64,000 nucleotides of DNA, from assembly GCA_963797555.1 (NCBI GenBank), contig CAWCPV010000003.1:160001-224000 (forward strand), read 5' to 3'. The DNA comes from an uncultured Gammaproteobacteria bacterium (GTDB lineage Bacteria > Pseudomonadota > Gammaproteobacteria > CAWCPV01). Numbering within the stretch: the first letter of the stretch is position 1; each line of letters begins with the position of its first letter. A model generated the notes under the pieces. That model was not told the origin of the DNA, made no database searches, and was given only the letters and a program-made list of their open reading frames with translations. Positions 32,711 to 43,520 of the stretch are shown here, piece by piece. The position numbers and the translations under genes are program-made.

Positions 32711-35230
32711 ATGAGAGCAGCACCAAAGCCAGTCATAACCTCGGCGCTCTGGGGGGCCGCGCTCGTATGCGCGGCCGCCTCGTGCCCCGCGACGGAGATA
32801 CAAACCACCGGGGTCCTGGGTTCGCCCAGCGCCACCACCACCATCAGCGGGAAACAACTTCCGCCGCCCGATCCGAAATTCGGCGGGGTGATCAAGGAGA
32901 AGGCCTCCGAGTCGAAGCCGTGGTGGCCGCCGCGCGTCGTGCCGCCAAAGGGCGCGCCCAACGTGCTGCTCATCATGACCGACGATTGCGGGTTCGGCGC
33001 GCCGAGCACGTTCGGCGGCGTCGTCCCGACGCCGGCCCTGGATCGCATCGCGAAAGACGGGCTGCGCTACACGCAGTTTCACTCCACGTCGCTCTGCTCA
33101 CCGACGCGGGCCGCGCTGATCACCGGACGCAATCATCACGTCGGCCGGCTTTGGGGTCGTGGGCGAAGCGGCGACGGGGTTCCCGGGTTACGACTCCATC
33201 ATCCGGAAGGATGCCGGCACGATCGGCACCATCCTCAAGGAGAACGGGTACGCGACCTCGTGGTTCGGCAAGGACCACAACACGCCCTTCTACCAGGCGA
33301 GCCAGGCCGGACCGTTCGATCAATGGCCCACCGGGATGGGCTTCGATTATTTCTACGGCTTCGTCGGCGGCGACACCAGCCAGTGGGCAGCCGAACCTGT
33401 TCCGCAATACGACCGCCATCTATCCCTTCCAGGGAAATCCCGGCTGGAATCTGACCACGGCCATGGCCGACGACGCGATCCAGTACATGAAGCAGCTCAA
33501 GGAGGTCGCGCCCGACAAGCCGTTCTTCGTCTATTACGTGCCGGGCGGCACCCACGCGCCGCATCATCCGACGCCGGAGTGGATCAAGAAGATCAGCGAC
33601 CATGCACCTGTTCGACGAGCGGCTGGAACAAGACTGCGCGAGACCATCTTCGCCAACCAGAAGCGGCTCGGCATCATGCCCGCCGATGCCAAGCTGACGC
33701 CGTGGCCGAAGGAACTGCCGGAGTGGGATTCGCTCAGCTGGGACGAGAAGAAGCTCTTCATCAAGCAGGCCGACGTCTTCGGGGCCTACCTCGCGTACAC
33801 CGACCACGAGATCGGCCGGGTCATCCAGGCCGTCGAAGACATGGGCGAGCTCGACAACACCTTGATCATCTACATCAGCGGCGACAACGGCGCGAGCGCG
33901 GAGGGCATGCTCAACGGGACGCCGAACGAGTTCACCACCTTCAACGGCGTTACCGTGCCGGTCAAGGATCAGTTTCTCTGGTACGAGTTCTGGGGATCGG
34001 AACGGACCTTTCCGCACTATGCGGCCGGTTGGGCCTGGGCGATGGACACGCCGTTCAAGTGGATGAAGCAGGTGGCGTCGCACTTCGGCGGGACGGCCCA
34101 GGGCATGTGCATGTCGTGGCCCGGCCACATCAAGGACGTGGGCGGCATCCGCCGCCAGTTCCACCACGTCATCGACATCGTGCCGACCATCCTCGAAGCG
34201 ACCGGCATCTCGGCGCCCGATACGATCAATGGCATCAAGCAGCGCCCGATCGAAGGCGTGAGCATGGTGTACACGTGGGACAAGGCGAACGCCGACGCGC
34301 CCACCCGGCACACCACGCAATACTTCGAGATGCTCGGCAACCGCGCCATCTATCACGACGGCTGGGTGGCGGCGACGACCCCGGTGACCCTCCCGTGGGA
34401 GCTGAACACCGCCCCGCCGCCGGACGTGATCACCGGGTACAAGTGGGAGCTCTACAACATCAACGAGGATGTCACCGAGTCCAACGACCTCGCCGCCAAG
34501 ATGCCGGACAAGCTCAAGGAGATGCAGGACGTCTTCTACGCCGAGGCGAAGAAGTACGACGTGCTGCCGCTCGACAACTCGACGCTCGCGCGCTTCCTCA
34601 CGCCGCGTCCGAGCGCCACGGCGGGACGGAACAGTCTTCACGTATTCGGGCGAGTTGACCGGCGTGCCGGCCAGCGCCGCCCCGAACATCCTGGCAGAAG
34701 GTCTTACACCATCAGGCGGAGGTCGAGATTCCCGAGGGCGGCGCGGAAGGCATGATCGTCACCGAGGGCGGGCGCTTCGGCGGCTACGGCCTGTTCCTGA
34801 GCAAAGGCGAGTTCGGAGTCGGCCGGGGCAAGGTGGTGTTTCTCTACAACCTGCTCGATCTCAAGCGCACGATCTGGGAAGGGCCGGAGCTGAGCGCCGG
34901 CAAGCACACCATCGTGTTCGACTTCAAGTTCGACGGCCCCGGTTTCGGCAAGGGCGGCACGGGCGTGCTCTCCGTGGACGGCAAGGAAGTGGCCAAGAAG
35001 TCCATGGACCACACCACCCCCATCATGTTCCCCGAAGACGAAGACTTCGACGTCGGGCATGGACACCCGCACCCCCGTTGCGCTCATCGAGTATCGCTAC
35101 GATTGCCCGTTCAAGTTCACGGGCAAGATCGACAAGCTGACCTTCAACCTCGGTCCGGTCGCAGTACACGGAAGCGGAGCGCAAGCAGCTTCCGGCCATT
35201 GCCGACCGGGTCGCCCGCGCGAAGGACTAG
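32711..35230 (+). CDS. arylsulfatase (Cys-type), about six frameshifts
   Basis: [70 protein letters not shown] spread over several frames. Confidence 0.85.
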
Positions 35231-35235
35231 CTCGC

Positions 35236-35607
35236 GTGACGGCCACCACGAAGAAACTCCTCGCCCTGGCCGCCGTAGCGGAGGCGGCCACGGGCCTGGC
35301 CTTGCTGGTCTATCCGCCAATTGTCGCCCACCTGTTGCTGGGCGTCGCCAACCTCGTCGGTATCGGCGTGGTGATCGCCCGCGTGACCGGCATCGCCTTG
35401 ATCGGGTTGGGCGTGAGCTGCTGGCCCGGCAGCACCGCGCTCGCTGGGATGTTGACCTACGGCGTGCTGTTGACCCTGTACCTGGTGCGCCTCGGTCTTG
35501 GCGGCATATTCGTGGGGGTTCTGCTGTGGCCGGCCGTGGCGTTGCACGTCGTCCTGACCGCGTCGCTGGCGTGGGCCTGGTTCCGCGACCGCCCAAGTGC
35601 CAGTTGA
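35236..35607 (+). CDS. small hypothetical membrane protein (about 4 TM)
   Basis: Hydrophobic ORF KKLLALAAVAEAATGLALLVYP... starting 5 bp after the sulfatase stop. Confidence 0.65.
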   Translation: MTATTKKLLALAAVAEAATGLALLVYPPIVAHLLLGVANLVGIGVVIARVTGIALIGLGVSCWPGSTALAGMLTYGVLLTLYLVRLGLGGIFVGVLLWPAVALHVVLTASLAWAWFRDRPSAS

Positions 35608-35683
35608 TTCTCACCATACCGGAGATCTTGCATGAGAAGGCTATCGGTGTTCCGTGGTGTCGTCGCGATCCTGGCGCCTCATC

Positions 35684-35900
35684 TTAAGCCGACTGTGGAC
35701 ACCTTGTGGCCCGCCAACTCCTGGAAGATCTGTCCAGGTGGCGGCGCAGCGCCCCGAAGATCTGCTTCTTCCTGCGCTTCGGGATGAATACCACATGGTA
35801 CTTGCAGTCCCACTTCGTGTGGCTCGGACTCTGGTGCTCTTTCATGGTGAATCCCCTTCTCTTGGCGGAGATTGGAGATTCACGACGACCGTCGTATAGG
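35684..35900 (-). mobile_element. tnpA: IS200/IS605 tnpA 5' remnant
   Basis: MKEHQSPSHTKWDCKYHVVFIPKRRKKQIFG from ATG at 35845; HUH motif region missing. Confidence 0.85.
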
Positions 35901-36872
35901 TCAAACCTCGGTGAGTCCCGTGCGAAGAACACCGTCTACATCGGCAAGGAAGGCATGACGATTTTCGGCGGCTTCCGCATGTATGTCTCGGACAAAGGCT
36001 ACGACGGTGCGGGTTGGGGGCCTGCGGATGGACCGTCTTCCGACGGCCCTGGCGTCACCTACGAAGCCAGGCTTGCCGACGGCACTCAGCTTTCGCAAGA
36101 GGAAGTCGCCAAGCGCTTCGGCAAGCTGATGGCGGATGCGCCGCCACCGGTCAGCGCCGACCAGTGGTACAAGCTGGTCGACAACCCGGCCAACAAACCC
36201 TGTATGACACCGGCCACCGCGCCGGCCTGCCCGAATTCGCAGTTCTTCCTGTTCACAGGCATGAAGGACGCTATCGAGGGCGCCTTCATGAAGCCCGAGG
36301 AGCGGGCGAACCTGCCTAAGCCGAAAAGTGTGGGCGGCGGCGCCAATGCCTCGACCGCGTACCTGGTGAACTATACGTCGCGCAAGTTCGGCCCCCTCTA
36401 CGTGTTCCGGGCGAAGTTGCCGACCTTCCCGAACACCTGGGCCAACGCCAAGATCATGCCCGACGGGGAGGTGCAATACTGGTCGGTCGCGACCATGGCG
36501 TCGTTCACCAACGGCAGTCTGTGGGACGGCGTCTTTGACATGCAGGTGCCGGTGGACAAGGACGGCTACTACACCATCGTCGTCAGCCTGCCCGAAGACC
36601 GGCCGAAGAACGCGACCGCCGAGAACGGCGTGGCCTGGATCGACTGGGGTCCTAGCGAAGGCTTGGGGGACCCGCGAAACCGCAAGGATTGGGGCGCGCT
36701 CCTGATGCGCTTCATGGTCCCGCAAAAGGACTGGCAGTACAGCCCGCTGAAGGCGCGCAATCCGGGTAAGCTGGCCTCTGTCATGGGGCCTTATTACCCA
36801 CGCGGCTATTACACCACCAAGGCGCAGTTCGAGGCCGAAGGCATAAAGAACCCAGTGCCGGGCACCAAGTAA
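35901..36872 (+). pseudogene. 5'-truncated paralogue of the C-terminal domain of 22725..25559
   Basis: YVSDKGYDGAGWGP, SRKFGPLYV, PTFPNT, DMQVPVDKDG, DRPKNATAENG, VMGPYYPRGYYTTKAQFEAEG all match; 5' end abuts the IS200 relic. Confidence 0.8.
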
Positions 36873-36911
36873 TCGAACGACATTGTGGGTAACCGTTCAC
36901 CCCTCCCCCCT

Positions 36912-37490
36912 TGTTGTATAGACCGGAGACATAATGGACACTCGTTCGGAGACATCGTGGACACTTATTGGCATGCCTTTGATTGAAGAAGAGCATGTCG
37001 TGGAGAGAAGCCAGTCTCATGTCGTTACGTCTCGAATTTGTGCAATTAGCCCGTCAAGAAGGTGCCCACGTGCGTGAACTGTGTCGCCGGTTTCGAATCA
37101 GCCCAACGACCGGCTACAAGTGGTTGCAACGCTTCCAGTCCGGCGGGGCCGATGGCTTGGCGGATCGGTCGCAACGTCCCCGAGGTTCGCCCCGACGAAC
37201 CGCGCCTACGGTGGAGCGGGCGATCCTACAAGTGCGGGACGCGCACCCGGCCTGGGGCGCCCGCAAGCTCAAGGGGAGGCTGTCGAACCAAGGCTACGAG
37301 GCTTTGCCGGACGCCAGCACGGTGCACGCCGTGTGGCGCCGGCACGACCGCCTTAACCCCTTGGAGCAAGCCGGCGTCTACGCCGTGGCAACGGTTCGAG
37401 CACGCCCACCCGAATGCCCTTTGGCAGATGGACTTCAAGGGGCATTTCGCGTTGCTCTCGGGACGCTGCCACCCGTTGACCGTACTGGAT
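36912..37490 (+). mobile_element. IS481-family remnant (left end plus truncated, frameshifted transposase)
   Basis: TGT end with repeated GGAGACAT-N-NTGGACACT motifs; LRLEFV..ELCRRFRISPTTGYKWLQR, HPAWGARKL, RFEHAHPNALWQMDFKG. Confidence 0.85.
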
Positions 37491-37563
37491 GTGGGCGTAC
37501 ATCGATACTCGATGAACTGAAACGTCACGTCCTGATTCACTGATACCCGACAGGAGCCACCCC

Positions 37564-39996
37564 GTGATCCCGAAACCGTTCAACCGCTTGCTCACCCTCG
37601 CGCTGGGCGCGAGCTTTGCGTTCCCGGCGTGGGCGCAGGAGGTCCTGCCGTTCCCGCCCAAGGCATCCGGCAGCATCGCCGGGCGGACCATGCAGGAGTC
37701 GACGTACAGTCCGCTCCCACCCGTGAGGCGTCTGCCCAAGGACGCGCCGAACATCCTCATCGTGCTTATCGACGACGTCGGCCCCGCCCAGACGGATACC
37801 TACGGCGGCGAGATCCACACACCGACGCTGAGCAAGATCGCCAAGGAGGGCATCTCCTACAATCGGTTTCACACCACCGCGATGTGCTCGCCCACGCGCG
37901 CGGCATTGCTGACCGGGCGAAACCAACATCGCGTCGCCAGCGGCCAGATCGCCGAGCTGGCGAACGACTGGGATGGGTACATGGGCACCATCCCGAAGAG
38001 CAGCGCCACAGTCGCCGAAGTGCTCAAGGATTATGGCTACAGCACCGCGGCGTGGGGGAAGTGGCACAACACGCCGGCCGAGCAAACCACCGCCGCCGGC
38101 CCGTTCGATGACTGGCCCACCGGCTACGGCTTTCAGTATTTCTACGGATTCCTCGCTGGCGAAGCGTCGCAGTGGGAACCGCAACTCGTGCGAAACACCG
38201 CCTACGTCGAACATCCCCACACCTCTGGCGGGCACGATTATTACCATCTGAGCGAAGACCTGGCCGATGACGCGATTCATTGGTTGCGACAACACCGGGC
38301 ATTCGACCCGAACAAGCCGTTCTTCATGTACTGGGCGAGCGGTGCCTCCCACGGCCCGCATCAAGTCCCGAAAGCATGGGCCGACAAGTACAAGGGCAAG
38401 TTCGACGACGGCTGGGACAAGTACCGCGAGCGTGCCTTCCTGCGCGCCAAGCAACTCGGCTGGATTCCGCAGGATGCCAAGCTGACACCGCGGCCCGCCA
38501 CGTTGCCTTCCTGGGACTCGATCCCCGATGACGAGAAACCCTTCCAGCGCCGGTTGATGGAAGTGTTCGCGGGATTCACCGAGCACGTGGACGTGCAGGT
38601 CGGCCGCATCGTCGACGAGATCGACCGGCTGGGCTACGGCGACAACACCCTGATCTTTTACATCTGGGGTGACAACGGCGCGTCTGCAGAAGGCCAGAAC
38701 GGCACGATCAGCGAACTGCTCGCGCAGAACGGCATACCGACCACCATCGCACAACAGATCCAGGCGCTCGACGCGCTCGGCGGTCTCGACGTGCTCGGAT
38801 CGCCCAAGACCGACAACATGTATCACGCGGGCTGGGCCTGGGCCGGCGGCGCGCCTTACCAATACACCAAGCTGATCGCCTCGCATTTCGGCGGGACGCG
38901 CAATCCGATGGCGGTGCGCTGGCCCGCGAAGATCAAGCCGGACGCTACGCCCCGCGCTCAGTTCCTGCACGTGAACGACATGGCGCCGACCATCTATGAC
39001 ATCGTAGGCATCACGCCGCCGCGCGTGGTCAACGGCATTCCGCAAGATCCGTTCGACGGCGTCAGCTTCGCTAGCACCTTCAACGATGCGAAAGCCAGGG
39101 AAGTCAAACGTACGCAGTATTTCGAAGTGATGGGCAGCCGCGGCATTTACCACGACGGCTGGATAGCTTCGGCGTTCGGCCCGCGCGTTCCGTGGCTTCC
39201 CGGCTTGCCGCCGGGAATCAAGGAGTGGACGCCAGACAAGGACAGGTGGGAACTCTACAACCTGAACGAGGACTGGTCGCAGGCCAACGACTTGGCTGAC
39301 ACGATGCCGGCGAAGCTGGCCGACTTGAAGGATCTGTTTCTGATCGAGTTCACCAAGAACAAAGGCTTGCCAATCGGCGGCGGCCTGTGGGTTATGGCCC
39401 TCCACCCGGAACTGCGGGTCGCGCCGCCGTACACATCGTGGACCTTCCCGGGCGCCATCACGCGCATGCCCGAATTCACGGCTCCGGCTCTAGGCAACAA
39501 GGCCAACGTTGTCACGGTGATGGCCGACGTCCCGGCCGATGCCAACGGCGTGCTCTACGCGCTGGGCGGTTTCTCCGGCGGCCTCGCCCTGTACGTGAAA
39601 GACGGCATGCTGTCGTACGAATACAACCTGTTCGAGATCCAGCGCACCCACATCAAGGCGAAGGACAAGCTCCCGACCGGCAAGCTGAAGATCGAGGTCG
39701 AGACATCCTATGTGGAGCCCAAGCCCGCAGGACCGCTCAAGGTGGTTCTGAAAGTCGACGGCGAGGAAGTCGCCTCGGGCGTGGTGCCGGTCAGCGCCCC
39801 GCTTGCGTTCACCGCCAACGACTGCCTGGACTTCGGCATCGACCTCGGCTCGCCGGTGGGGATCGAGTACTACGACCAGGCGCCGTTCAAGTTCAACGGC
39901 ACGATCGAAGGCGCGCGCGTGGAATACCTCGGCACCGCCGCTCAGTTGCAGGAAGAGAAACTGCAAACGGACGGACCGATTCCGGTGACGGACTGA
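37564..39996 (+). CDS. arylsulfatase (Cys-type), intact, with signal peptide
   Basis: [52 protein letters not shown]; AGGAG RBS. Confidence 0.93.
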   Translation: MIPKPFNRLLTLALGASFAFPAWAQEVLPFPPKASGSIAGRTMQESTYSPLPPVRRLPKDAPNILIVLIDDVGPAQTDTYGGEIHTPTLSKIAKEGISYNRFHTTAMCSPTRAALLTGRNQHRVASGQIAELANDWDGYMGTIPKSSATVAEVLKDYGYSTAAWGKWHNTPAEQTTAAGPFDDWPTGYGFQYFYGFLAGEASQWEPQLVRNTAYVEHPHTSGGHDYYHLSEDLADDAIHWLRQHRAFDPNKPFFMYWASGASHGPHQVPKAWADKYKGKFDDGWDKYRERAFLRAKQLGWIPQDAKLTPRPATLPSWDSIPDDEKPFQRRLMEVFAGFTEHVDVQVGRIVDEIDRLGYGDNTLIFYIWGDNGASAEGQNGTISELLAQNGIPTTIAQQIQALDALGGLDVLGSPKTDNMYHAGWAWAGGAPYQYTKLIASHFGGTRNPMAVRWPAKIKPDATPRAQFLHVNDMAPTIYDIVGITPPRVVNGIPQDPFDGVSFASTFNDAKAREVKRTQYFEVMGSRGIYHDGWIASAFGPRVPWLPGLPPGIKEWTPDKDRWELYNLNEDWSQANDLADTMPAKLADLKDLFLIEFTKNKGLPIGGGLWVMALHPELRVAPPYTSWTFPGAITRMPEFTAPALGNKANVVTVMADVPADANGVLYALGGFSGGLALYVKDGMLSYEYNLFEIQRTHIKAKDKLPTGKLKIEVETSYVEPKPAGPLKVVLKVDGEEVASGVVPVSAPLAFTANDCLDFGIDLGSPVGIEYYDQAPFKFNGTIEGARVEYLGTAAQLQEEKLQTDGPIPVTD

Positions 39997-40179
39997 ACCG
40001 GTGCGGTCGTACGTCGAGCGGGCGATACGGGCGAGGGACACCAAAGGGAAAGACGCAAAGCGGCAATAAGAGCGAGCATCGAACATTGCGGACGACGCGC
40101 CCGGCGTTGGGCTTGGGCCCTGATCGGCGTGGCACTCCTCCGCCCCGCCCGCCGAGGTACCAGTCGCCGCGGGCATACA

Positions 40180-40513
40180 AGGACACGACAGTTCACGGCA
40201 AGTCCAAGCAGGGATACGTGAAGAGTCAGACCGTCTTCATTCTCGACGACCCGAGCGTCAAGCCGTGGGTCATGCAGGCGTCCTCGCGCACTCGCGCATC
40301 ATGGACAAGAACCTGACCTACGACGACCTCAAGACGCTGGACAGGAAGCTCAAGCTCCCGCCGGGCTGGAAGTACCGCGTCAAGGTGCTCGACCAGGATG
40401 TCGGGATCGGCGCGATCAACGGCATTGCGCACGTCACGCAGGACGATCTGGAGAACACCTACAACGCGTGCTTCGAGGCCGACGGCCAGAAGAACTGCAC
40501 TTACCAGCCGTAG
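40180..40513 (+). pseudogene. C-terminal relic of a hypothetical protein
   Basis: Coding-like VFILDDPSVKPWVMQA then DKNLTYDDLKTLDRKLKLPPGWKYRV..VTQDDLENTY in a shifted frame; no clear 5' end. Confidence 0.5.
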
Positions 40514-40892
40514 CCGGGAGGTCGCCGCGCCGAGAGGCGCGGCGATTGACTGAGTAAAGGTGGTGCGCTCACGAGCCGAGTGGCGGCAATCCTGCCGGGG
40601 ATTGCCGCCCGCCACAGCCGCCAGACGTCGGCGCAGTAAACGATCGGGAGACGGGCTATGAACTCTCAGTGATCGGAACGAGCATAGAAACCCCTTGCAC
40701 CCGGTGCGTTTTCGGCCGGGTATCTGGTGAAGACGGCGAAGGCAGCGCTCCGTTAGCGACTGGACCCTGAGCTGACATATAATTCGCTCGCGATACGCGA
40801 CAGCGAGTCGAAGCTGGTGCCGGTAAGCCCGGAGGGAACGGAGACGCTCACAGCCGCAAGACCGCTCGGCCAAAGTCCAAAGGCCGGCTCGG

Positions 40893-42314
40893 ATGTTTCC
40901 AGCGACAAATCGAACCACGGCGGGGACCATTGAAATGATAAGACCCACAGAACGAAACGTTGGCTCTAGGCTCACCGAGGCCATCAGGAGAGCAAAACGC
41001 GTCCCAATCCCCGGGCGGCGGCGCCCGCTCACCCTCGTCGCGATATGCGCCGGCGCTCTCGCTGCCGGACAGGCCAGCGCCGGCGGCGTGATCGCCTACG
41101 AGGTCGGCACCGCCAACGTCGGATTGGCCTCCGCGGGCTACAACGCGCGCGCCCAGGACGCCTCGACCGTGTTCACCAACCCCGCAGGCATGACACGCCT
41201 TCCGGGCACGCAGATCCTGGGCTCGGGGCAGGTACTCTGGGCCAACACCCAGTTCTCCATCGACTCGGGAACCTCACCTCGCCTGGGCAGCAACGACGGC
41301 GGCCACGTGACCGGGTCGAACGGATGGTTCCTGGGCGGCGGCGGCTTCTTGAGCTACAGCATGTCGCCCGACCTCAAGCTCGGGTTCGCGCTCACCGGCA
41401 ACTTCGGCGCCCCCCTGGAGTACGACTACAACTGGGTGGGGCGCTACTACGTCCAGGAAACGACACTGCTCGGGATCTCGTTGCTGCCCTCCATCGCCTA
41501 CAAGGTCAACGACAAGCTCTCCCTGGGGGCGAGCCTGAACGCCATGTACGGCAAGTACACCAACCAGGTGGCGATAAACAACGTCGACCCGAGGTTCGGC
41601 GACGGTCGGCTGAAACTCGACGACAACACCTGGGGCTGGGGCGGCAACCTGGGTCTGCTCTACGAGATCGACGACCGCACTCGGCTCGGCCTCACCTGGA
41701 ACTCGCAGGTCAACCTCGACTTCAATGCGCCGGCCCAGTTCTCGAACCTCGCGCCGGGTCTCAGCGCGCTCCTGAACAGCCGCGGGCTGCTGAATTCCAA
41801 CCTAAAGGTCGGGATCAAAGTTCCGCAGCAGGTAATGGCCAGCACGTTCGCACAGGTGAACGACCGCTGGGCGGTGCTCGGCAGCGTCGGCTGGCAACAG
41901 TGGTCGAAGTTCGGCCAGGTCGAGATCGGCATCGACAACTCCACCAACCCCACCAGCACCAGCACCAACCTGAACTTCAAGGACACCTGGCACCTCGCGG
42001 CCGGCGCCCAGTACCGCCTGAGCGACCCGTGGCTCCTCAACTTCGGCATCGCCTACGACTCGGCATTCCAGTCGGGTAACGTCTCCCCGCTGCTGCCGGT
42101 GAACTCGGCGTGGCGTTTCGGGGTGGGCGGCGAGAACCACGCCAGCAAGACCTTCGACTGGGGCGCCGTGTTCGAGTATCTGTACGGCGGAACACTCGAC
42201 ACCAACTTGCACAGCACGCTGCCGGTCGCGCTCGGCGGGCGCGGCAACGTCGTCGGCTCGTACAACACCACCGGGACCTTGTTCCTCGGCGTTTACGGCA
42301 ACTGGAAGTTCTAG
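40893..42314 (+). CDS. OmpP1/FadL/TodX family outer-membrane transporter
   Basis: GLASAG..AQDASTVFTNPAGMTRL hatch motif, PSIAYKVNDKLSLG, FKDTWH, terminal WKF; start uncertain. Confidence 0.9.
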   Translation: MFPATNRTTAGTIEMIRPTERNVGSRLTEAIRRAKRVPIPGRRRPLTLVAICAGALAAGQASAGGVIAYEVGTANVGLASAGYNARAQDASTVFTNPAGMTRLPGTQILGSGQVLWANTQFSIDSGTSPRLGSNDGGHVTGSNGWFLGGGGFLSYSMSPDLKLGFALTGNFGAPLEYDYNWVGRYYVQETTLLGISLLPSIAYKVNDKLSLGASLNAMYGKYTNQVAINNVDPRFGDGRLKLDDNTWGWGGNLGLLYEIDDRTRLGLTWNSQVNLDFNAPAQFSNLAPGLSALLNSRGLLNSNLKVGIKVPQQVMASTFAQVNDRWAVLGSVGWQQWSKFGQVEIGIDNSTNPTSTSTNLNFKDTWHLAAGAQYRLSDPWLLNFGIAYDSAFQSGNVSPLLPVNSAWRFGVGGENHASKTFDWGAVFEYLYGGTLDTNLHSTLPVALGGRGNVVGSYNTTGTLFLGVYGNWKF

Positions 42315-42414
42315 GGGTGCGTCCGGTCGGTGAGTCTCAGGGCTTGTGAATTTTGTTTCGATAGCGACGTAAGGCGAGGGCTACCGCAGGGCTGAGATCG
42401 CCAGCTTGTGGGGG

Positions 42415-43111
42415 ATCGGGTCGAGGTGACGGGATTGCGCCCGTCACCCCTCCCACACCACCGGACAAGCGGTTTTCCGCATCCGGCGGTTGGACTTGGC
42501 GGCCATCAGGCGGCCGCGAGATCCGATGGAACCAGGAGACTACCCGTTCCATCAAGCTCTCATTCAGCGCTTTCATTCATTCTCCTTCCGCCACGGTTTC
42601 CTTGCCGCCTCCAGTCTCGCGTCCGATAGCTCCACTATCTTTCGCTCCACCGCCCAAGGGATGGCTGCCGCAGTTGCAACGGCCCTCGGTTTCAGACGAC
42701 TTCGCGGTCACCACAGCGTCTGCTCGGACTAGCCTGTCTCTCGGTCCTTCGGCCCTTCGCTCCACCCGCCATTACAGCGGGTCTTCTTCGCTACATATGG
42801 CCTCTGCTGACTTCTCCCGTGCTCTCACGCCGGAGATCTCCCCGGGTAAGGTGCCATGAACTCTCGGCCCGTGCCGCCAGGCTCTACCTGATGCGTCTTT
42901 CGGTGACCGTTGGATTTCGCGTTCCCTAGCACGCTCATCGCCCGCACCCGGCCTCACTGCCTGTTCGTGTTCCTACGGTCGTGCCTTTGCTCCGCGCTTC
43001 TTTCGGCTGAGCCCTCGCGGCTACCCGCCTTGCGCTTCACTACGGTTGTTGTCACTCTCTCCGGTCATCTCCTTTCATATGTCACAAGTTCATGGCCCAT
43101 GCCGGGCACAC
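42415..43111 (-). mobile_element. group IIC intron with deleted RT ORF (697 nt)
   Basis: 5' end GTGTGCCCGGCATGG; domain V AACCGCCGGATGCGGAAAACCGCTTGTCCGGTGGT with CGC triad; domain VI ending ACCCGAT; only the relic MKALNESLMERV.. remains of the ORF. Confidence 0.88.
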
Positions 43112-43132
43112 TAGGAGCGGCTTTAGCCGCGA
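43112..43132. repeat. GTAG-type REP forming the intron 5' exon
   Basis: TAGGAGCGGCTTTAGCCGCGA; the missing first G is supplied by base 42414 on the other side of the intron. Confidence 0.75.
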
Positions 43133-43520
43133 ACGGAGTTTCTTCGCAAGCGCTGAATGTCGAACAGGGCGGGCGGTAGGAATGGATCGCCTGCTCCCGC
43201 TCACTGCGTGCCGATCTCAGGCGTGGGGCGAAGAGGACGCTGTGGGCTGAAGCCGAGCAGAAGCGGTCGGAACGTGGAGACGTTCGGACTGCTTCAGCTC
43301 AACCCGTCATGGCGCGTTTGCCGCCTCGAAGCACGAAAACGGTTGCGGCGCCGAGACGGGCTCCCTGCTTCTCGCGCAAGCGGGAGAGGAGATTTTGCGG
43401 CGCCTTCGGGGCTTCCCCGCGTGCCCGATTGAGTCGTCCTCCTTCCCGCGGCCCGGCAGCGGGAATGCCGCCGGGCTGTTTCAGACAACCTCTTTCGTCG
43501 TCTCCTGCTCCAAGAAGCTC

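Noticed and set aside
35706-36872. 388-aa ORF as a single real gene
   Set aside because: The first ~65 codons are the antisense of the IS200 tnpA relic, fused by chance to a truncated gene.
37537-39405. 622-aa minus-strand ORF
   Set aside because: Antisense to the intact arylsulfatase.
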